Shown: positions 11,451 through 24,619, numbered from the whole stretch's first letter. The stretch: DNA of 63,155 nucleotides, filler included, from Octopus bimaculoides (GCF_001194135.2; 7 parts of 6 records of this genome joined end to end with filler, not necessarily neighbours in it), one strand, 5' to 3'. The notes: generated by a model from the sequence alone, not told the origin. Translations and numbers: made by a program.

Positions 11451-12370
11451 TGTACATGTATATGGATGTAGTTTGTGAGAGCAAAAGCCAGCGTTAAACA
11501 GACAAATAAATCGATAAAAGTAGCAGAACTTACTGAAGGACAATGACGTTAGCGTTCGCTTAAAATTAGAACGATTATTTTGAACATGTGACCCATAGTG
11601 AATATATTTTTGCAAAAGCGATTTCTGCACATTAGGCGAGCACATGTATATTCAGTAAATAACCTTGGATCAATGGACGGCGTAACGATGCAGTCGCTAG
11701 ACCTGCTAGAAATAATAGCCAACTCCCTCAAATCACACGCTGCTGTCTTAATGGAAGAATGACTGGTACATTGGATACTGTGACACCTCCACCCCACGAT
11801 GCATACTGTCGGAAGGAAAAAAGATTGGGTGGTCTTAAAACTTCCGGTCATATGTCTGAAGTTATCAGAACACACATGGGGAGAAACAGAATCAGATGTT
11901 ATTCCATCAGCTTTTATTCAATCGTAATATCTTTTTTAAGGCGACAAGCTGGTAGAATCATTAACACACCGGGGGAAATGCTTTGCGGCATTTTGTCCGC
12001 CTTCACTTTCTGAGTTCAAATTTCGCCGAGATCGACTTAGCCTGTCATCCTTCCGGGGTCGATAAAATAAGTACCAGTAAGCATTGGGATCGATGTAATC
12101 GACTTGGCCTCTTCCCCCAAAACTACTGTCCTTGCACCAAAATTTGAAGCCATTATTTCTTTCTCTGAGAACCAATATTATGAAATAAACGTGTCATTGC
12201 AGTCTATAGACTTTTGAAAATAAAAAAAAATATATACGTGATAGAATTCTCTTTCACCAGCCTTGACGGGCATGAGTAGTCATTTATATCTCCCTTTCGT
12301 TCAGATCTAGCTTAAAACCGGTATTCCAACCGTGACAAGCCAATCTTTATGTCTGACACAGTATATTAAT

Positions 12371-12606
12371 TCTCAGGTGTGGGGCTGCATTTCTTGTGAC
12401 AGCTCAGCTAATATGATAACAGGCCATATTCATATAATCACTTGGCAGAAACATCCTACGTTTAATTAGGAGTGTTTTCCAATGTCGCCTTTTATAGTTA
12501 TGTCCAAAATTTTAAAGACATTAATTCGTTGTGCACTTTCAAACATCAAAAATAATGAATAATTTAGAATCTACGCAGGCAAATCACATACATGCAAATA
12601 TACAGA
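12371..12606. repeat. Right arm of the inverted duplication
   Basis: See 10145-10380. Confidence 0.95.
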
Positions 12607-12823
12607 GGTCGTTGTTTTACCCGAGGCCATTCCTGATAGTCATTGGTCGGCCAATAGTCATAGCAGAAGACACTTGCCCACGGTGCCATGCGATAAGACT
12701 GAACCGGAAACCACGTAGTTGCGAAACAAGCTTCTTAACCACAACTGTCACTGCGCCATACATATATATGTTTGCATGTGTGTAAGTATGCGTATATGTG
12801 TGTGTGTATCTGTCTGTCTGTGT

Positions 12824-13200
12824 ATACTAGTCCGGTATCCCGTCCTTGCTGGGCGGTTTTTTCCCAATAAAACGTCCTTATTTCAATTTGCTTTGTTGCG
12901 TGTCACATCATGTCATCTCCGACGAATAGACATCTTGATCAGGACAGATTTCTGCATTATTTGGAGCAACTTATACAGTCTCGTTAAACGAAGTTTTTGT
13001 TTTTACATTTGTTGCATACAAGTACAGATTTTTCTTAGCTCGCTGCTGGTGATTTGTGAGGTTCCTTCGACTCGGTCAACCGAATGAAATTCCTTATACG
13101 CATGCGCACACACACAGACACACAGACACACAGACACACACACACACATTAACACGCTAATACAAATCACTTATCGTGAGCGCTATGCGCTTGCAGAGAG
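12824..13200 (+). mobile_element. Unclassified element, possibly Helitron/Helentron-like
   Basis: Begins atACTAG...cccgtccttgctgggcgg and contains an internal (CA/GACA) microsatellite, as in DINE-1-like elements; weak. Confidence 0.3.
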
Positions 13201-14331
13201 TGAGAGAAAGAAAGTGAGTGAGAGANNNNNNNNNNNNNNNNNNNNNNAGAGAGAGAGAGAGAGAGAGATCTTTTCTGTTGCTGTCACATATTTTGGAAAT
13301 TTTTAAATCAAGAGAAAATTTTGAAATTTGCTGAACTGATATACTTCGTTATTCTAAATCCGATTTTTGGATTCATTTGTTCCAGAAAAATTCTAGAAAA
13401 ATGTTACAGAGGTTTAAAGTTTGATTATCTTTACCCAATCAAAATATAGGATTTTGGAAGCTAGCATTTTCTGTGTGATAGTTGTCTATCATAAAATGAA
13501 AGTAAAGATTTAAACGACGTGGTTTTAAACAACATGAAAGCAATTACATGTCATATCAAGAGAGAGGGAGAGGAGATAGTATGTGAGAGGAGATAGTATA
13601 TAGATATACATATAGAGACAGAGAAAGATAAAGAGTGTAGTAAATATATATAGAAAGGGGAAAGACGAAAGAGAGAGAGAGAGAGAGAGAGAGCCTGATG
13701 GAGATAGCTAGAGAGTGGTAGAATTGTCAATATAAATGCTCAGTTATTTCATGTAGAAAACTAAATTTTTTGATTAATTATAGCCGAAAACCTTGTCGTT
13801 GGGACGCACATTTCGAAAATCATATCCGTTTTGGTCCAAGATCACTATTTCGGGCCTTTCGGTGATATATACACATATATACATACATACATAGATGCAT
13901 GCATACATACATACATACATACATACATACATACATACATGCATACATGCATGCATTCTCGTTTATATAATATAATTGATAAGTATGCTTGTGTGTGTGT
14001 GTTTGTGTGTGTGTGAGTGTGTGTGTGTGAAGTAAGAGGAGAGGGGGAGAGAAAGTGCGTGATTGAGTGAGTGAGTGAGTGAATGAGTGAGTGGAATCGA
14101 ATTTGTAACCATGTGGCTGGCAAAGCAGACAACTTAAACATGCAACCACATTCGCGTCCATGGTTGTTCGTTCTTACATATTTTATCGCCACCGTATAAA
14201 CTAACAGCTCGGCATTATTTTTTCCGCTGCTCTAACGATTCTGCAAATTCACTGCCATGATTGATTTAATTTCATCTTTGCTTCTTTCATGATTTTATTG
14301 AAGGTAGTCAATAAGATTTCTTTATTTCTTT

Positions 14332-14590
14332 TCATTTAGACATAAGGCTGTGCGGCTAAGAAGTTCGCTTTGTAAGCATGTAATTTCGAGTTCAGCTCCA
14401 GTGCGTGACAACTTGGGCAAATGCTTCCGTTATATCCCTGGGCTGACCAATTCCTTGGCAGTGAATTTGGCTGACCGATAAAATATGTACCAGACTATTA
14501 AAAACAGAACTGAGATTGATTTGTTCAACTAAACACTTCTAGGTGGTGCCCAGCATGGCTGCAGTTCAGTGACTGAAACAAGTAAAAGGT
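14332..14590 (+). mobile_element. SINE family A, diverged, centre deleted
   Basis: ggctgtgcggctaagaagttcgct...cttgggcaaatgctt joined to ...ggtggtgcccagcatggctgcagttcagtgactgaaacaagtaaaag. Confidence 0.7.
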
Positions 14591-14886
14591 AATAATTAAA
14601 AATATAAACAGCTTTATTATTATGTAGAGAGTATGTATTGGCAGTTAAAAAGTAATTTGGATTAATTATTTATTTATTTAATTTAGCTACTTTTTTTATG
14701 GTATTTTAACAAAATGTAACTCGTTCTTTCTCCCTACCAAAGTTTTGCTATAACAGTCTCCCGTTCTCCCTTGTACAATCTCTGGAAATACTAACGATAG
14801 AGGGAGAGGTAGAAGCTGACCTTACACAATCAATGATCCAATTAAAAACAGAAAGTAATTTTTATACATACATACATACATACATA

Positions 14887-15242
14887 GGTACTACTTTGGC
14901 GTGTGATCTACAGCTTCTAGGGCGATTACTTTAGGTTAGTTTTTGGTCTTTTTACGTTGTAAAACTCGCAACAGCCAAACTTGTGTGATTTATGCGCTTA
15001 TTTTAATTATTATATTGTTTATTCTTAGTTTCTTATTATTATTTTCTAAGACATAAATGAGACATGGTTTTATTATTATTAATATAGTAAGAATTTTAAA
15101 AAACTTCATTTACAATGTTGAACATGTACAGAAGGATGTATTGCAAAAAATCTTTAGCCAACATCTTAAGGGTTTTTAGAAACTAAAAGGTAAGCTAAAG
15201 TAATCGCTCTCTCAGTCGTAGATCACACGCCAAAGTAGCACC
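14887..15242. mobile_element. ~355-bp MITE with ~60-bp TIRs (family F)
   Basis: GGTACTACTTTGGCGTGTGATCTAC...GCGATTACTTTAG versus CTAAAGTAATCGC...GTAGATCACACGCCAAAGTAGCACC; flanked by CATA on both sides; partial second copy at ~40878-40988. Confidence 0.85.
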
Positions 15243-15485
15243 CATATATGCATCCATCCATCCATACATTAATACATACATACGTACACACACGCACGCA
15301 CACACACATACATACATACATACATACATATAATCATACATACATACATACATACATACATACATACATAGCAAATTCCCCCAGGTTATGCACAACCCAC
15401 GAAAATAGTCTTGTGTTTAAAGGCGGGATTTGTCATGGTCAGTATGACTTTCGTCATGCGTCTATCGATGAAGTGGATATGGCGC

Positions 15486-15522
<37 letters not shown>

Positions 15523-16363
15523 AGACGCCGGCAACAAACACAAATTCCTCGGAAACAAGAAACGCGAATCTAACAGCAGAAGATTTGAAGTCAGATCGTA
15601 GAGGAACGTGATTATATGAATTCATCTGTTTTCAGTCTCTTTTCACCTTATCAAACCAAGACCACAGTAAGATTGTATCTCTGAGACTGTTTAGAAACCA
15701 CTGATTTGGTAATGGTTTTAATGAAAAATATTGGTTTTACGAATGTTGCAGAGATATTCATGCTTGTGATACTGTTTGGGTGAAAATTGCGTTCTGGCGT
15801 CAGATTTTTAACATTACAGTATAGTCGACATACATGAAGTGGTATTAAACTGCGGTAATGTTAGAATCGTCGTTGAACTTGGTGGTGGCGGTGATGGTGG
15901 TGGTAGTGGTGGTGCTGGTGGTGATGTGGTGGTAATGGTGGTTGTGATGGTAGCTGGTGAGGTCGACAAGTGTGGTAAGAAGGAGGAGAGAAACATAATA
16001 CTCTTTCAAAAATGGTTTTGAGATGAAAAAAAAAAATGTGGAGGTAATAGAAAATAAAAAAAAATGAACTACAGAAAAAAAATATTAAAGAAAAAAAAAG
16101 AAAATTATACAACAAATAAATATATAAAAGACATTAAACAAATAAATATAGTGAAAAGAGAAATAAAGCTACGTTATGGACTTGGTGGAAGTGGTGACAG
16201 GGTGTTAATTGAGATTGAAAGATGTGAAAGAAAAGTAGAAAATATATAGATGCATATATAAAATGTACGCATACATTACATACATACATACAAAAAATCT
16301 GAATAAACTATTATATACACATACATATAAAATATATATAAATTTTTGTATCATATATGTATA

Positions 16364-16413
<50 letters not shown>

Positions 16414-16514
16414 TACACATAAATATATATACATACACACACACACATACACATATACACACATTTGTTAACGCTCGTAAACACACACGCACACATATAT
16501 CATATAAATATATA

Positions 16515-16555
<41 letters not shown>

Positions 16556-17994
16556 GTGTGCGCGCACGTACGCACACACACACACATACGCACATACACA
16601 CACGCGCGCACACACGGCGTAGCGTACAGAATAAATAAAAAATTAAATGCGCTTTTTAGCCGACGTCCTCAAGTACAGAAACTTTCTTGTGTCAGCACGG
16701 TGCCTTTGATCTTTAGCGGGTCTTCCACCAACATTATGATAGAAGCCTTGCCCTGGCTAGCCATTTGATGACATAATAAATTGCCTTCTGTCAATGTTAT
16801 ACTCTGATACTCCCTTCTACCTCCCCACAACATACCTCAAGCTGCGAAAGCTAACACCACCACGACCACCGCTATTAACCCCACCACTAGCTTTCACACC
16901 ATCAATCCCGTAGCCACTACCATTATTACATTCACACAACTACCATTCTTATAACACTTCCCAGCCTCGTCCTCCCCCTCCCCCCATCAACGTCAGCAAT
17001 ATCACCACCACCACCACCTCCACCACCACCACCACAACCACAACCACCGCCATCACTACTATCATCACTACAACTAGTACCAGTACGGAACTCACGACCG
17101 ACCCTTGCCACGTATACACTAACATCGCTGCCCTCATCTGCACAATTAGGCCCACCACTATCACCTCCACAACCACCATCACCACCACCACCATCACCTC
17201 CACNNNNNNNNNNNNNNNNNNNNNNNNNNNNNNNNNNNNNNNNNNNNNNNNNNNNNNNNNNNNNNNNNNNNNNNNNNNNNNNNNNNNNNNNNNNNNNNNN
17301 NNNNNNNNNNNNNNNNNNNNNNNNNNNNNNNNNNNNNNNNNNNNNNNNNNNNNNNNNNNNNNNNNNNNNNNNNNNNNNNNNNNNNNNNNNNNNNNNNNNN
17401 NNNNNNNNNNNNNNNNNNNNNNNNNNNNNNNNNNNNNNNNNNNNNNNNNNNNNNNNNNNNNNNNNNNNNNNNNNNNNNNNNNNNNNNNNNNNNNNNNNNN
17501 NNNNNNNNNNNNNNNNNNNNNNNCACCACCACTGTCATCATCATCATCATCATTATCAACGCCGTCATCATTACCACCACCACAACCAATCACAAAATGA
17601 ACACACCCTTCCCGCTTATAACCACCACAACCGCTACACGCAACTTTGATATCAGTACTACTAACTTTGGCACTCGCACCCATACTACTTTTTACTTTAC
17701 CATTTCCACTAAGACTCAAACAGTGCGCCACCATCACAGCACCCATACCTACATTTGTGTAACTGATATTACCACCACTACCACTATCCCTACCGCCTCA
17801 TTCTCCGTTAAAACCACCACATTCTCAAAGGGGAAAAAAATGAATGCCTTAACGCTCAAATTGTTGCTAGTGTTTTTGATGTTTCCGCCATCGTGGTTTG
17901 TAAGGAAATAGCGGTGTGGGATGGTTGTTGTTGACACCGCCGCCGTTTGTCGTCGTCATCGTAGTAGTCGTTGTCGCTGTTGTTGTTGTTGTTC

Positions 17995-18125
17995 TTCTTA
18001 TTCTTCTTCTTCTTCTTCTTCTTCTTCGTCTTCTTCTTCTTCTTCTTCTTCTTCTTCTTCTTCTTCTTCTTCTTCTTCTTCTTCTTCTTCTTCTTCTTCT
18101 TTTTCTTCTTCATCTTCTTCTTCTC
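17995..18125. repeat. (CTT)n microsatellite
   Basis: Direct reading; gives poly-K/L/S/F false ORFs. A similar array lies at 23258-23350. Confidence 0.95.
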
Positions 18126-18839
18126 CTTCTTGTTTAGTCCCAGGTCAATCTCGATTGAGGAGCCATTCTGTTGCATAAAAAGTTGAATTTTCGTTTGTGG
18201 AAAACGCCATTGCGTGCAGAAGCTAAAACCTGAAAACTAACCGCAGAAGTTCAGAAGTCCAGGTATCGCTCCATGTGATTTTCACCTGTGGGGTTACACA
18301 ACACCTCGCACACAAGAGAACGACGTCCTTCAGAAAGTTGTTCATTCCATCCCTGGTCGTATGAGGAAACTGGTTGATGCCACTAATGCTTGTGTTGAAA
18401 TATCAAGATTTACTTTCATTTTCCCATATAATAAAGAACATGTATCATTTGTTTCAATAAATCTGTAAAAGGAATATAGATTTTATTACCAATTTCCAAT
18501 GCCTACTTACTTTTCACCGATCCTGTATGTATATATGTATGTATGTATGTATATATANNNNNNNNNNNNNNNNNNNNNNNNNNNNNNNNNNNNNNNNNNN
18601 NNNNNNNNNNNNNNNNNNNNNNNNNNNNNNNNNNNNNNNNNNNNNNNNNNNNNNNNNNNNNNNNNNNNNNNNNNNNNNNNNNNNNNNNNNNNNNNNNNNN
18701 NNNNNNNNNNNNNNNNNNNNNNNNNNNNNNNNNNNNNNNNNNNNNNNNNNNNNNNNNNNNNNNNNNNATATATACGTAATATATGTATAATGACTTGTGA
18801 CTGATTTTTTTGATACATGGTAATAGTAGAGAAGCCTAA

Positions 18840-19115
18840 TCAATAAGTATATGGACTGTTGCCATAGTAACGAAGTTAAAGCACGCAGAGTGAAATCGCT
18901 TGGCACAGAGTGGCCTTGTACTCCGCTGTGCATGCGCACTAAGGTTTAACGTTCGAGCTAACTTCTGCTGTTTACAGCTGTGCTTGGAAAGAACGTCTGT
19001 AGCGTGTGATGGTTGCATTGACCATACAGAGAAAGTTGAGCAGAGAATTTGCATCAAATTTTGCCACAAACTTGTCGATACCTGCTCAGATACCCATGCA
19101 GAGTTTCAAAAAGTT
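18840..19115 (+). mobile_element. mariner 5' fragment
   Basis: TEKVEQRICIKFCHKLVDTCSDTHAEFQKV (mariner N-terminal EQR..IKFC motif) with upstream subterminal sequence. Confidence 0.85.
18858..18871. promoter_or_regulatory. RFX X-box consensus match GTTGCCATAGTAAC
   Basis: Matches GTNRCC-N2-RGYAAC exactly; lies within the mariner 5' region; function untested. Confidence 0.3.
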
Positions 19116-19528
19116 TTCATTGTTCTCGACACAAACAAGGAGATATTGTGCAACTGAAACCCGAGTTTCTTTTTGGTCATCTGGAAGCCGTTTTGGCAAA
19201 ACCTTGGCAGGCACGAGTCTCATATCCAAATCTTCAGTGATAATGGAGTGAACTGAACCGTAATTAATTTGCACATCCTCTGATAACACGCGGATGGTGA
19301 TTCGACGATCTCCCTTACAGCTGCACGCACATCTGCAATACATTTCTCAGTTCTGCTGGTTGCGGGTCTCCTAGAAAGTTCGTCAATATCGACATTTTTT
19401 CGGTCATCTTGGAACGGTATAAACCGCTCGCACACTTGTGTGCTGCTCGTACACTCCTCTCCATACTCTTTCTGCAACTTTGCGTAGACCTCTGAGCAGG
19501 TATCGCCATGATAATTTTTCTCTGTCAT
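19100..19528 (-). mobile_element. Second mariner 5' fragment of the same family, opposite strand
   Basis: MTEKNYHGDTCSEVYAKLQKEYGEECTSSTQVCERFIPFQDDRKNVDIDELSRRPATSRT.../DRRITIRVLSEDVQINYGSVHSIITEDLDMRLVPAKVLPKRL...ENNENFLK. Confidence 0.9.
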
Positions 19529-20649
19529 ATATATATAATATATGTGTATATGAAGGACTATGTGTCCAGTGTAATGTGATAGTTGGTATTCCCTACTTTC
19601 TGCAACCACAGGTCCCTGCCCCCGACCTTCCAACAATGCCCTCGGTCCCGGTAAAGAGTTTGACCAAAGCACACACCAATGCACCCATGTACACCACACA
19701 AAGTATACTCTCACCACAAAGTATACTCACAAAGTATACTCTCAGCCGTGATGGATATATAATACTGTACATTTCGGATAATATAACCACCTATTCACAC
19801 ATATACGAGTGTATCTTCTGCCTGACTTATGGTCTCTTAGACGACTGAGTGAGTGGACAAACGAAAGAAAGAAGGGTACTCAATTTATTGGGAGTTACAT
19901 GTAAGGATCAAAGCAGTTTGATTCAAGCTCGTTGATTCTCCGAGAGTTCCAAGCATGATGCTAATCTTCGGCTAGTTTGAATTTGAATGAAAGAAGTTGA
20001 TTGTTTTTACCGTAAGGTGGGCTGGAATTGGTCGAGGAAGGACACGTGGTGTCGTGGTTTGATGTTGGTACAACCTTACATCAGTGATGACAGTTAGTTG
20101 GAAAACACCGCAGGGTGAATTTCCTGTTCACCATGTAAAGGCTCTAATATCCTTTTGTCCCATGTAAAATAGCTCGTCAATTTTCTCATTACTTAGGCAT
20201 GTTTTAGAAACCATTTGTCCCCATTTAGATTAATCGGGATGGTCTGTACACATTAATGAACTTTATACTTGTCCAGTGCACAATTCCGGAAACACAGTAA
20301 AGAGCCATTGATCCTTAGATGCTGAATAATTTACCACGCATATATTGGTCCAAGCCATTGTGTTTCAGCCAGGCTAATACGTAAGCATTGCTGAAGATAA
20401 ATATATATGTTATTGTTGATATTGCTGTTGTTTTACTGCAGGTCAGGCTTATAATAAACAAAAGAGCCCCTTATTTTTCTTCCAAACATGGCATAACTAA
20501 AACATTAACCACTATGACTCTCTCTTTTCAAGGTGGTACTGTGTGATCCGGAGTAGATTTGGTTACACTAGTTAACTGGTGAAACCACCAAGTACAATGA
20601 CTCAACAGCATTTGCCAGCGCCTCCGAGCGAGACAAGGGAATATGTAGT

Positions 20650-20697
<48 letters not shown>

Positions 20698-20985
20698 ATG
20701 TATATATATATATACACCTATCAATTCTTTATTTTTCGTTTGGAAATTCTCTTCCCCTAAAGCTTTTGTTTCGCACAAGTAAGACTACTGACCATATATA
20801 GCATCATCGCGTGACATCTCTAGTATTTCATTAGCCGATCGATAAACTGTGGCATTGATATTCTAATCAACGTAATCAGTCTTTATAGAAAAGCATGCTG
20901 CTCTAAAAAATAAGAACTTTTGTGGTTCCTTGTCTCAAAGATCTCAAAGATGTATTAAAATAAAAATTCGTCTGCTATACTGCCG

Positions 20986-21084
20986 CAGGGGCGCACTGAG
21001 AATATTAAGGGCTCTCGAGCGGGCTCCTCAGAGCTACGGGTCCTCGAGCAGTGTGCGCTTGATCGACGGCTCAGTCCGCCCTTG
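20986..21084. mobile_element. 99-bp hAT-like MITE
   Basis: TIRs CAGGGGCGCACTGAG / CTCAGTCCGCCCTTG; 8-bp flanks TACTGCCG / CACTTCCG (6 of 8 match) fit a decayed hAT target-site duplication. Confidence 0.7.
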
Positions 21085-23503
21085 CACTTCCGATATTTAG
21101 TACCTCATAAATTAATTTCAGACAGTTAGTTCACTCTTGTTGCCATTACTGCCGTTGTTAAGTATTAACGATCCCATACTTGCTTTTTTCTTTTTTGTTA
21201 GGGGACTATTTTGATAAGGGTCACATTTTGATCGAAGCTATGTCAAGTACGATGTTATGAAACGTGATCTAATATTTTCCCTTTTGTTAAGATTTCTAAA
21301 GTGTGTTTGTGGGAGATTGGCTGCTTTATTGGCTTTATGATGGAAAAAAAACATTCCAACTTCAGCCATTTTGTTATTGTTGTTATGAGGAAAAAGTAAC
21401 AGTGTATCAAGAACGACATTAACCAATATATTGTTGTTTGTTTTTTTCTTTTTCTTTTTTTGTTTCTTTGGATATGAATTGCTTGCAATTTGGCCTCTAT
21501 GTCTAGCTTATAATCAAAGAAGTTATACGTGTAATATCTAGCAGGTAAGTGTCTACATAAAGACTCTCTCATCAGATATTGTAGAGCTTTCTTCATTTGT
21601 CGCATGTAGTTTGATCTCTTCCTATATTGGTTTCTTTGTTTGAATCATCGCACTACGGTTTTTGACTGGAGCATCTCGCTTAAGGGGTTTAGTCGACGAA
21701 ATAGAAGTCAATGCTCATATATTCAATCTTCTACATGGTTTATCCGTTTTCTTTTGTGTAGTTTTTTTTTTACGAACTAAGTTATGAAAACGTAAAAAAA
21801 AAAAGCTGGATGCTATTCGCGAGGGAGAAGCACAAAGGCATGGGCGTAGACGAACACACGCGCGCACATACATACATGTACACAACACATTTCTTCCAAA
21901 AGGATTAGTAACATCCTGGTAAAAGATTTAACATATTTTTTAAAATATTATTTTTAACAATGTCCCTTTTATACTTAAACNNNNNNNNNNNNNNNNNNNN
22001 NNNNNNNNNNNNNNNNNNNNNNNNNNNNNNNNNNNNNNNNNNNNNNNNNNNNNNNNNNNNNNNNNNNNNNNNNNNNNNNNNNNNNNNNNNNNNNNNNNNN
22101 NNNNNNNNNNNNNNNNNNNNNNNNNNNNNNNNNNNNNNNNNNNNNNNNNNNNNNNNNNNNNNNNNNNNNNNNNNNNNNNNNNNNNNNNNNNNNNNNNNNN
22201 NNNNNNNNNNNNNNNNNNNNNNNNNNNNNNNNNNNNNNNNNNNNNNNNNNNNNNNNNNNNNNNNNNNNNNNNNNNNNNNNNNNNNNNNNNNNNNNNNNNN
22301 NNNNNNNNNNNNNNNNNNNNNNNNNNNNNNNNNNNNNNNNNNNNNNNNNNNNNNNNNNNNNNNNNNNNNNNNNNNNNNNNNNNNNNNNNNNNNNNNNNNN
22401 NNNNNNNNNNNNNNNNNNNNNNNNNNNNNNNNNNNNNNNNNNNNNNNNNNNNNNNNNNNNNNNNNNNNNNNNNNNNNNNNNNNNNNNNNNNNNNNNNNNN
22501 NNNNNNNNNNNNNNNNNNNNNNNNNNACATACATACATACATAATACATACTTTCGCTGCCAATTTCATATACAAATGGTTGGCCTTGGATTATAGCAGA
22601 AGACGCTTTCTCAAGATACAGCCGAAATCACTCGGTTCTGAAGCGAAATTCTAAACCACAGGACCAGACATGTACCTATATCCATTGATGAAACTTGTTG
22701 ATCGACCCAGCAATAAACTCTTACCAATTAATACTAGTTGGTTTTGTATGAGTTATTTCTCTTTTGTGATTCAGTTTGATTGATGTTACTCACTAAACGC
22801 TGGTGTCCCATTATATTCGCCAGGAAGGAAGTTTTGACTGATTATTTATTTATTCATTCATTTATTTGATTGTTGATCATTCATTCGATTACTCGTTAAC
22901 TAAAGGTCAGAACGGACACTTTGTCGTTGGATTACTGACGAATAGGAGGATAAGACAGGTAAACCCAGTCAAAGTTCCATGTTAGCCAGTCAGCCATTTT
23001 ATGAGTTTTATCGTGTATGTCAAATATAGGAAAGATAACATTTCAAAAGGGATTAAACACATGATCGCACAGCTTGAAATAATGGGAACTTGCCTCGATG
23101 GTTAATTGTCACAGTTCCTTTATAAGGCGGTCTCGGTACGTTGGTGAAAAAAGGGGAATTGTCTAGAAGATCAAGAGAAAGATATTCACACGAATGAATT
23201 CGATGACATTTTTGATTTTTTTTTAGTGATGGAAGTGGTATGATAGTGATGTAGAAATGCTTCTTCTTCTTCTTCTTCTTCTTCTTCTTCTTCTTCTTCT
23301 TCTTCTTCTTCTTCTTCTTCTTCTTCTTCTTCTTCTTCTTCTTCTTCTACTTCCTTTCCTCCTTCTTCTACATGTCCTGTTATGGTGCCCCTTCATCTGC
23401 AGCCCTTATAGTAATAAAGAAAGGATTATTATTATTATCATCATCATCATCATCATCATCATTGTTGTCGTCGTCGTCATCATCATCATCAACATCATCA
23501 TCA

Positions 23504-23568
<65 letters not shown>

Positions 23569-23916
23569 TACGCAGCGAAACGGCAGAATTGTTCGCACGC
23601 TGGAAAAAATGCTTAGGGGCATTTTGGCCAATAGCTGCATTTTGGCCATTAGAATAAGTATTGGGATCGATGTAATCGACTAGCCTCCTCCACACACCCC
23701 GAACTTTCTAGCCTTGTGCCAAAATTTGAAGACAATGTTTTGCGATCGTCCTTTGCGTTGTGGTTACAGATCCTGCTGATCTCTCCAGAGTCGATCAAAT
23801 AAAATACCAGTACTGCGATCGATGATTAATTGTACCCCTATATTATTAGAATTTTATTCCATTCTGGTTTGATATGATAATAAATGTTCTTAACATCAAG
23901 CAGAAAAGGTGAAATT

Positions 23917-23953
<37 letters not shown>

Positions 23954-24304
23954 CTGCTAGAAACTTCCTGTGGGGGTTCACTTATTATTCCCTCTTCAAT
24001 CTTTTTTTATAGAATCGGTTGCAATTTTCCGATGACTTGCTGAACGTATACGTTTCTTACTAGTAGTATATTACTCATAAATAATGAGGATCCACATACA
24101 GAAAACATAATCAAAACATTCTGGATAAAATGCTCAGCGCTATTTCGTCCGTATTTACATTCTGAATACAAATTCCATCGAAACCATCTTCGCTTTTCAT
24201 CCTTTCGGGGACGTTAAAATAAAGCACCTGTTATACATGCGCTGATGTAACCGAATTTAGCCTCAAAAATTGCTGGCCCTGTGCTAAAATTAGAAAGAAC
24301 TATT

Positions 24305-24342
<38 letters not shown>

Positions 24343-24619
24343 TATTATTATTATTATTATTATTTCCATTATCATCTTCTTTCAATTCTGTTTCCATTTC
24401 TTGTCGAGTATCTTCCTGACACCTCTGGCAGAGGGCAGAGAAACGCACTGCATACATTGGTACGACATTAAAATAAACACACCAAATTGTCCATTTACAA
24501 AGTCATGTAATAGAGAAAGAGGGGAAGAAAGACAGAGAAAACATAAAAAATAAAAAATAAAACAGCAAACAAAGAAAATAAAGAGGAAAGAGGGAAAGAA
24601 AATTCACGGCGACAATACT

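Noticed and set aside
16949-17911. Thr/Val-rich mucin-like ORFs
   Set aside because: Degenerate (ACC/CAC)n low-complexity DNA interrupted by a gap; no splice or domain support.
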